Below, piece after piece: positions 34,791-43,997 of a stretch of DNA of 48,212 nucleotides (the stretch's first letter is position 1; each line of letters opens with the position of its first letter). Source of the stretch: Rhodanobacteraceae bacterium (GTDB lineage: Bacteria; Pseudomonadota; Gammaproteobacteria; Xanthomonadales; Rhodanobacteraceae); contig DAIUEL010000002.1 in the NCBI GenBank assembly GCA_036845145.1, forward strand, positions 1 through 48,212, in the 5' to 3' direction. The notes below the pieces were generated by a model. The model saw only the letters and a list, made by a program, of their open reading frames with translations. It did not search any database and was not told the DNA's origin. The translations under genes were made by a program, and so were the position numbers.

Positions 34791-35059
34791 ATCGGCACTC
34801 CGTGGCCGGCAACAAACGCCTTACGCGAAGGCGCAAGCCAATCGGGCGCGCTGTCTGGCGACGCCTGACGGGGCAAGGCAAGTCGGTCTACGCGCGACAA
34901 GCGGGCACAGGCTAACCACACGCGGGTCGAATTGATGTCAAGAGCGTTTCTGAGAGCCCGGGTTGGTGATCGGATCGTGACGGCGCACCACATCGGCCTT
35001 CACATGGCGTGAAACGTTCCGTGCGGATAATGAGGTCTTTGACCAAGGAGACCGGACGA

Positions 35060-35704
35060 ATGAACCTGAAGATGCCTGCGCTCATGGTTGCCTGCACTCT
35101 GGTGCTGTCGGCCTGCGGCGGCAACAACCAGTCCGAGAACGCCCCCGCACCGGGCGCCACGGCTCCGATGCCGGCGACGACCGCGCCTGCGATGCCGATG
35201 ACGACCGCACCCGCGGGCGCCGCGACCGCGGGCCAGGCCGCGATGCCCGGAACGGCCGGAACGTCGGCGATGGCGTCCGAGGCCATGGCGGGCAACGGCA
35301 AACCTGCCGCGACCGTCAACAACTGCAGCACGGAAATCGAGGCCAACGATGCGATGCAGTACAACGTCGGCTCGATCGCGGTGCCCTCGTCGTGCACGAA
35401 CTTCAAGATCACCCTGAAGCACACCGGCAAGCTTCCGGTGGCGTCGATGGGCCATGACGTTGTGATCACCAAGCAATCCGACATGCAAGCAGTGGATCAG
35501 GACAGTGCGGCGGCTGGCCTGGACAATGGCTACATCAAGGCGGACGACGCGCGTGTCATCGCGCATACCAAACTGATCGGCGGCGGCGAAACCGCATCGG
35601 TGAGTTTCCCGGTCAGCAAGATCAAGGACGGCGGCCCGTTCGTGTTCTTCTGCAGCTTCCCGGGTCACTCCGCGTTGATGCACGGCACCATCAGCGTGCA
35701 GTAA
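35060..35704 (+). CDS. azu: azurin, lipid-anchored with Ala/Pro/Met-rich linker
   Basis: AAGGAG lies 9 nt before the ATG. Lipobox LSAC. The mature domain aligns by eye to P. aeruginosa azurin: CSTEIEANDAMQYN, MGHDVV, RVIAHTKLIGGGE, FFCSFPGHSALMHG (Cu ligands His, Cys, His, Met). Confidence 0.9.
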   Translation: MNLKMPALMVACTLVLSACGGNNQSENAPAPGATAPMPATTAPAMPMTTAPAGAATAGQAAMPGTAGTSAMASEAMAGNGKPAATVNNCSTEIEANDAMQYNVGSIAVPSSCTNFKITLKHTGKLPVASMGHDVVITKQSDMQAVDQDSAAAGLDNGYIKADDARVIAHTKLIGGGETASVSFPVSKIKDGGPFVFFCSFPGHSALMHGTISVQ

Positions 35705-35834
35705 CGCGATCTGTCGATGGGTGGGTGGCAAACGAGGCGGGCGCCAAAGGGCGCCCGCTCTTGCGTGCGCACCGGCTTGGCATCTTGCGCGATCCGACCC
35801 ACACTTCAGACATCTTTGGCGCAAGGAATCAAAC

Positions 35835-36233
35835 GTGATCCATCTGCCCGTGCTGGTCGTGCTGCTGAACGTGTTGCTGTTGTTCGCCACCGGACTGGTA
35901 GTGGCGAGCGCGCGCGGTCGTCACGGCGTCAAGGCGCCGGCGACGACCGGCCACCCGGATTTCGAGCGCGCGTTTCGGGTGCAGATGAACACGCTGGAAC
36001 ACACGGTGGTGTTTCTGCCCACGCTTTGGCTGGCCGCGCAGTGGGGCAATCCCTCCTGGGCCGGCATCCTCGGATTGATATGGATCGCGGCGCGCGTGTG
36101 GTACGTGCCGGCCTACCTGCGCAGCGCCGAGGCGAGGCATTATCCCTTCATGGTGTCGATGATCGCGTGGCTGCTGTTGCTGGTGCTGGCGATCTGGGGC
36201 GTGGTGCGGCTATTCCTGTTGCAGCCGTGGTGA
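35835..36233 (+). CDS. MAPEG-family membrane protein (glutathione transferase-like)
   Basis: GTG start with AAGGA 7 nt upstream. Four TM helices. Motifs RAFRVQMNTLEH and ARVWYVPAYL are typical of MAPEG. Confidence 0.8.
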   Translation: MIHLPVLVVLLNVLLLFATGLVVASARGRHGVKAPATTGHPDFERAFRVQMNTLEHTVVFLPTLWLAAQWGNPSWAGILGLIWIAARVWYVPAYLRSAEARHYPFMVSMIAWLLLLVLAIWGVVRLFLLQPW

Positions 36234-36255
36234 GAACGCGCATGGCGTGATTCGG

Positions 36256-36924
36256 TCAGGCGGCGGGCGTCTTGGTTGCGATCTCGCGCAGCGCGTTTTC
36301 GAACACTTCCGGAGGCTGCCCGCCCGAAATCAGGTATTGACCATTGACGACCGTTGCGGGCACGGAATGGATGCCGGCCTGCTGCCAGCGGCGTTCCCGT
36401 GCGCGGACTTCGTCGGCGTATTGGTCGCTCTCGAGTAGGCGGCGCGCGGCGTCGCCATCGAGACCGTTTTCATTCGCGATGCGCACGAGCACGTCGCGAT
36501 CGGCGACATTTTCATTATCGGTGAAGTAGGCGCGAAACAACGCCTGCTTGAGCGCGATGGCCTTCTCGCGATCACGCTGTTCGGCCCAGTGCAGCAGGCG
36601 ATGCGCGTCGAAGGTGTTCCAGACGCGGCTGCCCGCCTGCGTGTTGATCGCGACGCCCAGCGGCATGGCGCGCTCGCGGATCGCCTTGCGGTTGACCTCG
36701 AGCTGCGCGTCGTCGATGCCGTACTTGTGCCTGATGTGCTCGCCTGCGTCTTCGCCCTCGAGCGGCATCTGCGGGTTGAGTTCGAACGGCTGCAGGTGGA
36801 TCTCCGCCTCGACGCTGCCTTCGAGTTTCGTCAACGCCGATTTCAGGCTCGCGAGACCGATCGCGCACCAGGGGCACGCGACGTCGGAAACGAAATCGAT
36901 GCGGAAGCGCGCAGGGGCAGTCAT
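36256..36924 (-). CDS. DsbA-family oxidoreductase (FrnE / 2-hydroxychromene-2-carboxylate isomerase-like)
   Basis: FVSDVACPWCAIG (CPWC) and GIHSVPATVVNGQYLISGGQ. The TTG at 36933 is an alternative start. Confidence 0.88.
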   Translation of the reverse strand: MTAPARFRIDFVSDVACPWCAIGLASLKSALTKLEGSVEAEIHLQPFELNPQMPLEGEDAGEHIRHKYGIDDAQLEVNRKAIRERAMPLGVAINTQAGSRVWNTFDAHRLLHWAEQRDREKAIALKQALFRAYFTDNENVADRDVLVRIANENGLDGDAARRLLESDQYADEVRARERRWQQAGIHSVPATVVNGQYLISGGQPPEVFENALREIATKTPAA

Positions 36925-37206
36925 GGCAATCAACCGGTGTGGGGGTCACATCGATGTGGAGGCGCTTGCGCGCATGTCAATGAAGCGCGTGCGGTCGGGG
37001 TTCTGTGTTCATCGGGGCGCGACGCTCGATTTCAGGCGCACGAAGCCTTCTCGATCTTCGCGGGCGGGGATGCGCCGGTCACGCGCCGCTGTCGGCCGCC
37101 CTGCGAGTGCGGCTTCCTGCGTGCCCGGATTCCGGATTGCCTTTCGCACAGGCGTGCGCTGCCGAAGTGTTAGAGTGCCCGGCTGATGCCCGCAGCGAGT
37201 AGTGCG

Positions 37207-38121
37207 ATGACAGCCTTTTATCCGATCGGTACGCCTGGCAAACCGTGGGGCCATGCGGAAAAATCCGAGTGGCTTTCGCGGCAGCGCAAGCGGCGCAGTT
37301 ACGCGGATGACGTGCTGGACGTGGTCGACCGGTTGCGGGCGCGTTTCGACGTGGTGCAGTACGGCGCGCTCGATTACGCGCCCGACCACTACCCGTTGTT
37401 CGCGCTGAAAAGCCGCGACTGGAACGACGCATTGCCCATCATGCTGGTGACGGGCGGCGTGCACGGTTATGAAACCAGCGGCGTGCACGGCGCGCTGCAG
37501 TTCGCGGATCGGCACGCGGAAGAATACGCAGGGCGCGCCAACACCGTCGTCGTGCCGTGCGTCAGCCCGTGGGGTTACGAACGCATCCACCGTTGGAATC
37601 CGCACGCGCTCGATCCGAACCGCAACTTCATTCCCGACAGCCCGGCGCCGGAATCGGCGGCGCTGATGCGGCTGGTTGCGCCGTTCCGCGAGCGCGTGTC
37701 GATGCATATCGACCTGCATGAAACCACCGACACCGATGAATCGGAATTCCGTCCCGCGTTGGCCGCGCGCGATGGCGCGCCGTACGAGCCTGGCACGATT
37801 CCGGACGGCTTTTACCTGTGCGCCGACAGTGCGAATCCGCAACCGGAATTCCAGCAGGCGGTGATTGCGGCGGTCGCGAAGGCGACACACATTGCGCCGG
37901 CCGATCCCGACGGCACCATCATCGGTTCGCCGGTGGTCGCCCCCGGCGTGATCGAATATCCGCTGGTGAAGTGGGGCCTGTGCGCGGGCATCACCGCGGC
38001 CCCCTGGCGCACCACCACCGAGGTGTATCCCGACAGCCCGCGCGCCACGCCGGCGCAATGCAACGCGGCGCAAGTCGCGGCGGCTCGTGCGGCGATCGAC
38101 TACGCGCTGGCGCACGTCTGA
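37207..38121 (+). CDS. M14-family zinc carboxypeptidase-like protein
   Basis: GGVHGYETSG (H-x-x-E zinc site), DPNRNF, HIDLHETT (third zinc ligand). Confidence 0.8.
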   Translation: MTAFYPIGTPGKPWGHAEKSEWLSRQRKRRSYADDVLDVVDRLRARFDVVQYGALDYAPDHYPLFALKSRDWNDALPIMLVTGGVHGYETSGVHGALQFADRHAEEYAGRANTVVVPCVSPWGYERIHRWNPHALDPNRNFIPDSPAPESAALMRLVAPFRERVSMHIDLHETTDTDESEFRPALAARDGAPYEPGTIPDGFYLCADSANPQPEFQQAVIAAVAKATHIAPADPDGTIIGSPVVAPGVIEYPLVKWGLCAGITAAPWRTTTEVYPDSPRATPAQCNAAQVAAARAAIDYALAHV

Positions 38122-38334
38122 AGGAACGCCCGCGCCGTCGACGAACGGCGCGGCAGCGCAAGGGAGATTTCGCTGCCGATGTGCACGTGCGTTGGGTGTG
38201 TGTCACTCGCGTGTGGATGCCGCCACCTGGCGCTCCTCTCGACTTCGAATGCAGCCGCGAACGAGTCGGCAAACAGTCGCCGACCCTGTCCCGCGGAATG
38301 TCACGGCTGCCAATGTCGCCCTCTTGCATTTGTG

Positions 38335-38416
38335 TATGTTGAAAAAACAATAACTTATTATATACATATCATGTAAAATCATGGTTCAACAACAAAATGC
38401 AAAATTTTGTGATGGA
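38335..38416. promoter_or_regulatory. AT-rich island with dyad symmetries (likely promoter/operator region)
   Basis: gtatgTTGAAAaaacaataacttattatatacatatcatgtaaaatcatggttcaacaaCAAAATgcaaaATTTTGtgatgg. By hand count about 20 G+C in 82 nt. It contains a TTGAAA -35-like hexamer, TATA-rich -10 candidates, and the palindromes aataacttatt and CAAAAT-N5-ATTTTG. Confidence 0.5.
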
Positions 38417-38607
38417 CTTCCCGCGCACGAGGCGTAAAGTAGGCCCGCAGCCAGCCGGTTAGCAGGGGTTCATGGGGAAACATGGTGATACGTGTCAGCA
38501 GGTTACCTGCGCCTTCGCATGCAGTTTTGTGAAGACGACCAAGACCACGTACTCACGCGTATCTTCGGAACCCGGTCTGCCGATTGACCGCGAAGCAAAT
38601 CGCAGCA

Positions 38608-38632
38608 GCGAAGCCGCCCTCGGCTTCGTTTC
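38608..38632 (+). terminator. terminator-like hairpin inside the ~270-nt leader of the downstream gene (possible attenuator)
   Basis: gcgaagccg-ccct-cggcttcgt followed by ttc. It lies ~50 nt before the ATG at 38684. Confidence 0.35.
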
Positions 38633-38683
38633 ATCAATGGATGTGCTGTGTCGAAAACTCGACCTGACCCCGAGGAGATCATC

Positions 38684-39466
38684 ATGAGTGTGCGTTTCGA
38701 GCGTACCGGTCCTTTGACCGAATTGAGCAGTTACCCGCAATGGGCGCAGGACATGGTTGGTGAGTGCGATGTCGTCAAGCGGACGGTCGTGGATCACGAG
38801 CTGTGGCGCGCGATGTGTACCGGCGAGCATCCGGAAATCACGCAGCGGTTCGTGGTCGGTGCATGGCCGGCGATCGAGCGTTTTCCCTGCTACATGGCGC
38901 GCAGTCTCCTGAAGACGCGTTACGGGCGCAGCGAGGGCGAGGACAACGCCCGGCGCTGGCTGGTCCGCAATATTCGCGTGGAGCAGAACCACGCCGAATA
39001 CTGGTTGAACTGGGCCGAGGGCGCCGGCGTGTCGCGCCAGCAGGTGTTCCACGGCCAGTTGCCACCCGGCACCCAGGTGCTCGCCGATTGGTGCGAACAA
39101 GTCAGCACCGGCGACACGCTGGCGGCCAGCCTCGCCGCCGTGAACTACGCAGTCGAAGGTGCAACCGGTGAGTGGTCCCGCATCCTGTACGAAAGCGAGA
39201 GTTTCGCGGCGCAGTATCCGCAGCCGACCCGTCGCGGAAGCCTGCGCTGGCTGCAATTGCACGCGGCTTACGATGACGAACACCCGTGGGAGGCGCTGGA
39301 ACTGGTCTGCGGATTGCTCGGCCCTTCGCCGCGCGCGGCCGAGGTCACCCACATCGCCGAGTGCATCAAGCGTACCTACGTCGCCATGCGGATCCTGGGC
39401 GACCGTTCGGTCCAGCCCTCCGGCAAACTGGAAGTGGCCGAAGATTGCGAGGTCGTCGCGGCCTGA
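38684..39466 (+). CDS. heme-oxygenase-like fold protein (TenA/PqqC-like, 'iron-containing redox enzyme' family)
   Basis: GAGGAG lies 7 nt before the ATG. The protein is all-helical with E/H-containing motifs (VEQNHAEYW, AVNYAVEGATGEW, LHAAYDDEHPWEAL) of the kind that form di-iron sites in this fold. Family call is from memory. Confidence 0.72.
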   Translation: MSVRFERTGPLTELSSYPQWAQDMVGECDVVKRTVVDHELWRAMCTGEHPEITQRFVVGAWPAIERFPCYMARSLLKTRYGRSEGEDNARRWLVRNIRVEQNHAEYWLNWAEGAGVSRQQVFHGQLPPGTQVLADWCEQVSTGDTLAASLAAVNYAVEGATGEWSRILYESESFAAQYPQPTRRGSLRWLQLHAAYDDEHPWEALELVCGLLGPSPRAAEVTHIAECIKRTYVAMRILGDRSVQPSGKLEVAEDCEVVAA

Positions 39467-39537
39467 ATCTGAAACGGTTGGTACAAAAATTGCTTTGTAT
39501 GGAGACGTTTATGCGACCGTGACGACCCGCTTTGACC

Positions 39538-42291
39538 ATGCAGCATGGCTCCTTCCATCCCTTGCGCACTCCTCTGGCCAGGCGCCTGCTGCCGCTCGCC
39601 TATGCACTGGTCGCGGTGGTGGTTCTCATCCTGCTGCTTACCTGGGTCACGGTACAGGCCCAGATCGCCCTCGCCGGTTACCTCAACGGCGAGAGCATCT
39701 GGTCCAAATCGCAGAAGCAGGTGACGGTCGACCTGCTGCATTACGCTGCAACCGGCGACCCCGCGGACTACGCCGATTTCCGGAAGAACTACGCGGTCCT
39801 TGAGTCACTGCGCACCGCGCGTGACATGATCGTGTCGGGGCATTTCGACTACCAGTCGGTCGAGGACGAAATGCGCCGCGGGCGCGCCATGCCGGTGGCA
39901 ATCCCGAACGCGATCTTCCTGCTGGACCATTTTGCCGGCGCGCCGTACATGCGGGAGGCGCTGCAGCAGTGGCAATCCACCGACAGTTCGATGGCAGAGC
40001 TTTCCAAGATTGCCGAAACGTTGCATCGCGCCTACACCGACAATGCCATGACGCCGGCCGAGATCGTCCGGCAACGCGCTCGGATCACGGCCGTCAACGC
40101 GTTCATCGAGCCACGGTCCAACCAGTTCTCACTCAGCATCGCGCAGGGCGCCGTCTGGACGGGCCGGGTGTTGTTCGGCGGCATCCTGATTTCGGCGGCC
40201 ATCGCGATCGGCCTGTGGCTGTGGATGGCGCGTCGCGTGCTGGCCGGCATTCGCGGCAGCGAGGAACGTTATCGACTGTTGTTCGACAGTGCGCCGGACG
40301 CCATCCTGATGGTGGACGAGCACAGCGGTCGCGTACTGGATGTGAACCGCACCGCCAGCGCGTGGACGGGCCGCGCGCCGCGCGAATTGGTCGGCAATCA
40401 CTATGCCGAGTTGTTCCAGAGGGATCCGCTGCAGAAGGGCGCGGCCGGCAACGGCGAGTTGCGCGCGGTGAACGGCCAACTCAAGCCGGTCGAAGCGCAG
40501 ACCAGCACTGCGGAATGGGGCGAGCAGACGGTACGCCAGGCCATCATCCGTGACATTACCGAACGGGTGGAGAGCGAACGCGCACGCCGTACCGCCGCCG
40601 AGGCGCTCGCCAGCATCGCCGAAGGCGTGATCATCGCCGACGCCGAGCGGCGCGTGGTGTCGGTGAACGCGGCGGCCACGCTGATTACCGGCCATACCGC
40701 CGAGAGCCTGATCGGCACGCGGCTGGACGATTCGCGCAGCATGCCGGACGGCACGCCGTTGCCGCGCACGATGTGGGAACAGATCGCCGCCGCGCGCCAC
40801 TGGTCGGGCGAGGTGCGCAGCACCCGCAAGGATGGCACCAGCTATCCCGAACGGCTCAGCATCAGCACGATCCGGGATGTCGACCAGGGCGTGCTGCATT
40901 ACGTCGCAGTGTTCAGTGACATCTCGGTTGCGAAGGCCGACCGCTACCGGCTGGAGCATCTCGCCGCACACGACGCGTTGACCGGGCTGGTCAACCGTTC
41001 GGAATTCCAGAGCCATTGCGAGAAGGCCATCGAGTACGCGGCGCAGCATCGCGGCGCGGTGGCGGTAATGTTCATCGACCTCGATGCATTCAAGTTCGTC
41101 AACGACAGCTACAGCCACGCTACCGGTGACCGGTTGCTGCGGCTGGTGGCCGAACGCATCCGCCACGAATTGCGCGATGGCGACATCGCTGGCCGCATCG
41201 GTGGCGACGAATTCACGGTGTTGCTGCCGCGGCTGAGCTTGCGCGAAGACGCGACCCGCCTGGCGGATCGGTTGTTGTCGGTGCTGTCGGAACCGTTCCA
41301 CGTCGACAGCTACGAGATCGTGGTCAGCGCCAGCATCGGCATCGCAGGCTACCCGCTGGACGGCGAGGATGCCAAGACGTTGATCGCCAGCGCGGACGCC
41401 GCGATGTATGCGGCCAAGACCGAGGAGCGCAATACCTGGCGCTTCTACCTTCCGATGATGCAGGCCAACGCGCGCCAGCGCATGTTGCTGACCGCGGAAT
41501 TGCGCCAGGCGCTGCACCAGGAAGAATTCCGGCTGGTCTACCAGCCCAGTGTGGAAATGCGCTCGGGCCGCATCGTGGCCGTCGAGGCGCTGCTGCGCTG
41601 GCAACATCCCGAACGCGGTGAAATCCTGCCCGGCGATTTCATCCCGGTCGCGGAAAGCATCGGGCTGATCCATCGCATCGACGAATGGGTGATGCACGCG
41701 GTGTGCGCGCAGATCCACGCGTGGGACGAATCCGGCATGCCGCCGATCCGTGTGGCGCTGAACGTGTCGGCGCGCTGGCTTGGTCACCCCGGTTTCGTCG
41801 AAAGCGTTCGCCGCGCATTGCAGACGAACGCCGTCGCGCCCGAGCGCATCGTGCTGGAAATCACCGAGGGCGCGATGCTGCGGCTGGGCGAGGAAACCGA
41901 GCGCACCATGCGCGCGCTGCATGCGCTCGGCATCGGCGTCGCGATCGATGACTTCGGCACCGGTTACGCGTCGATGGCATACCTGAAATTGCCTGCGGTG
42001 GCCTTCCTGAAGATCGACCGTTCGTTCATCACCGGCTTGCCCGACGACGCGAACGACGTGGCGATCATCGGCGCGATGCTGGCAATGGCCGGCAGCCTCG
42101 GACTCACCGCGATCGCCGAAGGCATCGAGACCGAGGGCCAGCACGATTTCCTGTTGCGCGCGGGCTGCGCCGAGGGGCAGGGCTACCTGTACTCGTATCC
42201 GCTGCAGCCGGCCGCGCTGGAGCGGATGTTGCGCCCCAAGCGCCACATACCCGGCGCGAAGCTGAAACTGGTGCCGCCGGTTCGCAGTTGA
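39538..42291 (+). CDS. membrane sensor PAS-PAS-GGDEF-EAL protein
   Basis: Two TM segments flank a ~190-aa periplasmic helical domain, followed by PAS modules. GGDEF motifs: GGDEFTVLL, SIGIAGYP. EAL motifs: EALLRW, EITEG, DDFGTGYAS, KIDRSF, EGIETE, QGYLYS. Confidence 0.92.
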   Translation: MQHGSFHPLRTPLARRLLPLAYALVAVVVLILLLTWVTVQAQIALAGYLNGESIWSKSQKQVTVDLLHYAATGDPADYADFRKNYAVLESLRTARDMIVSGHFDYQSVEDEMRRGRAMPVAIPNAIFLLDHFAGAPYMREALQQWQSTDSSMAELSKIAETLHRAYTDNAMTPAEIVRQRARITAVNAFIEPRSNQFSLSIAQGAVWTGRVLFGGILISAAIAIGLWLWMARRVLAGIRGSEERYRLLFDSAPDAILMVDEHSGRVLDVNRTASAWTGRAPRELVGNHYAELFQRDPLQKGAAGNGELRAVNGQLKPVEAQTSTAEWGEQTVRQAIIRDITERVESERARRTAAEALASIAEGVIIADAERRVVSVNAAATLITGHTAESLIGTRLDDSRSMPDGTPLPRTMWEQIAAARHWSGEVRSTRKDGTSYPERLSISTIRDVDQGVLHYVAVFSDISVAKADRYRLEHLAAHDALTGLVNRSEFQSHCEKAIEYAAQHRGAVAVMFIDLDAFKFVNDSYSHATGDRLLRLVAERIRHELRDGDIAGRIGGDEFTVLLPRLSLREDATRLADRLLSVLSEPFHVDSYEIVVSASIGIAGYPLDGEDAKTLIASADAAMYAAKTEERNTWRFYLPMMQANARQRMLLTAELRQALHQEEFRLVYQPSVEMRSGRIVAVEALLRWQHPERGEILPGDFIPVAESIGLIHRIDEWVMHAVCAQIHAWDESGMPPIRVALNVSARWLGHPGFVESVRRALQTNAVAPERIVLEITEGAMLRLGEETERTMRALHALGIGVAIDDFGTGYASMAYLKLPAVAFLKIDRSFITGLPDDANDVAIIGAMLAMAGSLGLTAIAEGIETEGQHDFLLRAGCAEGQGYLYSYPLQPAALERMLRPKRHIPGAKLKLVPPVRS

Positions 42292-42299
42292 GCGTGCGC

Positions 42300-43295
42300 T
42301 CAGCGCGCCATGAATTCCACGCCACAGCGATAAATGCGTTCGGCACCCGGTTCCAGCCGAATGCCGTCGGCGCATTCCGGGCGGTTGAAGGCGTCGGCCA
42401 TGAATTCCATCGGCTCCAGCGCCACCGCGCTGCGCGCGCCCATGCCCAGCGTGTCGCCGGTGAAGGCGTGCATCACGCCGCGCTCTTGCCACGCCGTCAC
42501 GGTGAAATCGTGGGCGGGGTCCGACAGTCGCGTGCGGATCCGCCCGTCGTCATCGGGTGCGAGATCGGTGTAACCGTTGTCGAGTACCGCGTCGCCGATG
42601 CCGCGTGGTTTGCGGAAGTCCAGCGCCGGTGCGTCATCCAGCGAAACATAGGCGGCGTCGCCCGGCAGGGCGATCAATGTGTCGTCGGTGCGGATCGTGG
42701 TGCGTGCGGGAATTTCCAGCGTCCAGTCGTCGGCCATTCCGTCGCCGGCACGGAAATAGGCGTGCCAGCCGAAGAAACACGGCGCGGGCCGATCGCCGAC
42801 GTTGCGCATGCGGGCTTCCAGCGTCAGCCCCGTCGCATCGAGCGCGAATCCCAGCACAAGATCGATCGAAAACGGATAACCGGGACGCGCCCGGATCGCG
42901 GACGTCGCAAGCGTGCACTGCGCGGACGTGTCCTCGGCGCGCAATTCCACGATGGCGAAATCCACGCCGCGCACGAAGCCGTGCCGGAATTCGCGCGACG
43001 CGCCCTCGATGCCCGGTTCGAGGTCGTAATCTTCTCCATCGAAACGGTAACGGGCGTCGCCGATGCGTCCTCCGAACGGTGCGAGGATCGCGAAATGCGA
43101 GCCCTTGCGCGTCTTGATTTCGGCGGCATCACGATAACCCCAGGCGATGTCGAACGCTTCGCCATTGCGCGGAACTTCCAGGTTCAACAGCGCGGCGCCG
43201 TGGCAGGCGATGCGGGTGCGGTGGCCCGCGTCGTCGGCCAGCACCACGATCGGTTGATCCCCGAGTGTCGCGCGTTCTGCGGTGTATCTGTCCAT
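42300..43295 (-). CDS. aldose 1-epimerase (galactose mutarotase-like) family protein
   Basis: FGGRIGDARYRFDGEDYDL, HGFVR, GYPFSIDL, GWHAYF, VALEPME. Confidence 0.85.
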   Translation of the reverse strand: MDRYTAERATLGDQPIVVLADDAGHRTRIACHGAALLNLEVPRNGEAFDIAWGYRDAAEIKTRKGSHFAILAPFGGRIGDARYRFDGEDYDLEPGIEGASREFRHGFVRGVDFAIVELRAEDTSAQCTLATSAIRARPGYPFSIDLVLGFALDATGLTLEARMRNVGDRPAPCFFGWHAYFRAGDGMADDWTLEIPARTTIRTDDTLIALPGDAAYVSLDDAPALDFRKPRGIGDAVLDNGYTDLAPDDDGRIRTRLSDPAHDFTVTAWQERGVMHAFTGDTLGMGARSAVALEPMEFMADAFNRPECADGIRLEPGAERIYRCGVEFMAR

Positions 43296-43381
43296 GCCTC
43301 ATGTCCTGATGACGATCCGACATGGTACGCGTGCGGCGCGCGCCGATACCATGCAAGAATTCCCGTGCCGCGACGTGGCAG

Positions 43382-43984
43382 ATGAAAGACATGCATCACG
43401 ATGCGGCGCACGCGTCGCACGACACCAGCGCGATCAATCGCCTGCGCCAGGATTTCAGCGGCGTCGACAGCGTGTGGCTGTTCGGCTACGGCTCGCTGAT
43501 CTACAAGGTCGATTTTCCGTACATCGAGTGCAGGCCCGCGACGATCCGCGGCTGGTCCCGGCGTTTGTGGCAAGGCTCGCACGACCATCGCGGCACCTTC
43601 GAATACCCCGGCCGCGTCGCCACGCTGGTTCCCGAACACGATGCAGTTTGCACGGGGATGGCTTATCGCGTCACGCCCGCAACGTTCCGGCACCTCGATC
43701 ACCGCGAGAAAAATGGCTATCTGCGATTCGCGATGGCCCTGCACTTCGCCGGCGACGCATCCGCCGAAGGCATCGTGTACATCGCCAACGAAGAAAACGC
43801 GGCGTGGCTCGGGCCCGCCGACGAAGCGGCGATTGCGCGCCACGTCGCCGGTGCTTCCGGGCCAAGCGGCAGCAACCGTGACTACGTGCTCAAGTTGGCG
43901 CAGGCCCTGCGCAAACTCGGCGTGGACGATCCCCACGTGTTTGCCGTGGAAGCGGAATTGCGCAGCATGCGATCGGTCGGCTGA
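43382..43984 (+). CDS. chaC: gamma-glutamylcyclotransferase, ChaC family
   Basis: LFGYGSLIYK, YPGRVATLV, REKNGY, NRDYVLKL. Confidence 0.85.
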   Translation: MKDMHHDAAHASHDTSAINRLRQDFSGVDSVWLFGYGSLIYKVDFPYIECRPATIRGWSRRLWQGSHDHRGTFEYPGRVATLVPEHDAVCTGMAYRVTPATFRHLDHREKNGYLRFAMALHFAGDASAEGIVYIANEENAAWLGPADEAAIARHVAGASGPSGSNRDYVLKLAQALRKLGVDDPHVFAVEAELRSMRSVG

Positions 43985-43997
43985 AACGAAGCCGCAT

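Noticed and set aside
33229-34881. 550-aa minus-strand ORF
   Set aside because: Only its last 144 codons (trxC) are real. The upstream part is an out-of-frame read-through of the AI-2E permease gene, which is in another frame (33660-34790).
34925-34945. TTGATGTCAAGAG as a possible FNR/CRP-type box upstream of azurin
   Set aside because: Only the left half-site (TTGAT) matches. The right half does not resemble ATCAA.
38417-38683. Possible TPP or cobalamin riboswitch in the leader of the TenA/heme-oxygenase-like gene
   Set aside because: Fragments such as GGGGAAACATGGTGA and CAGCAGGTTACCTGC loosely resemble cobalamin-element pieces. However, their spacing is wrong, there is no B12-box/GCCACTG-type core, and the TPP CUGAGA/ACCUGAUCUGGAUAAUGCCAGCG elements are absent. 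It is kept only as an unclassified structured leader.
40129-42492. 787-aa minus-strand ORF
   Set aside because: Antisense to the PAS-GGDEF-EAL gene.
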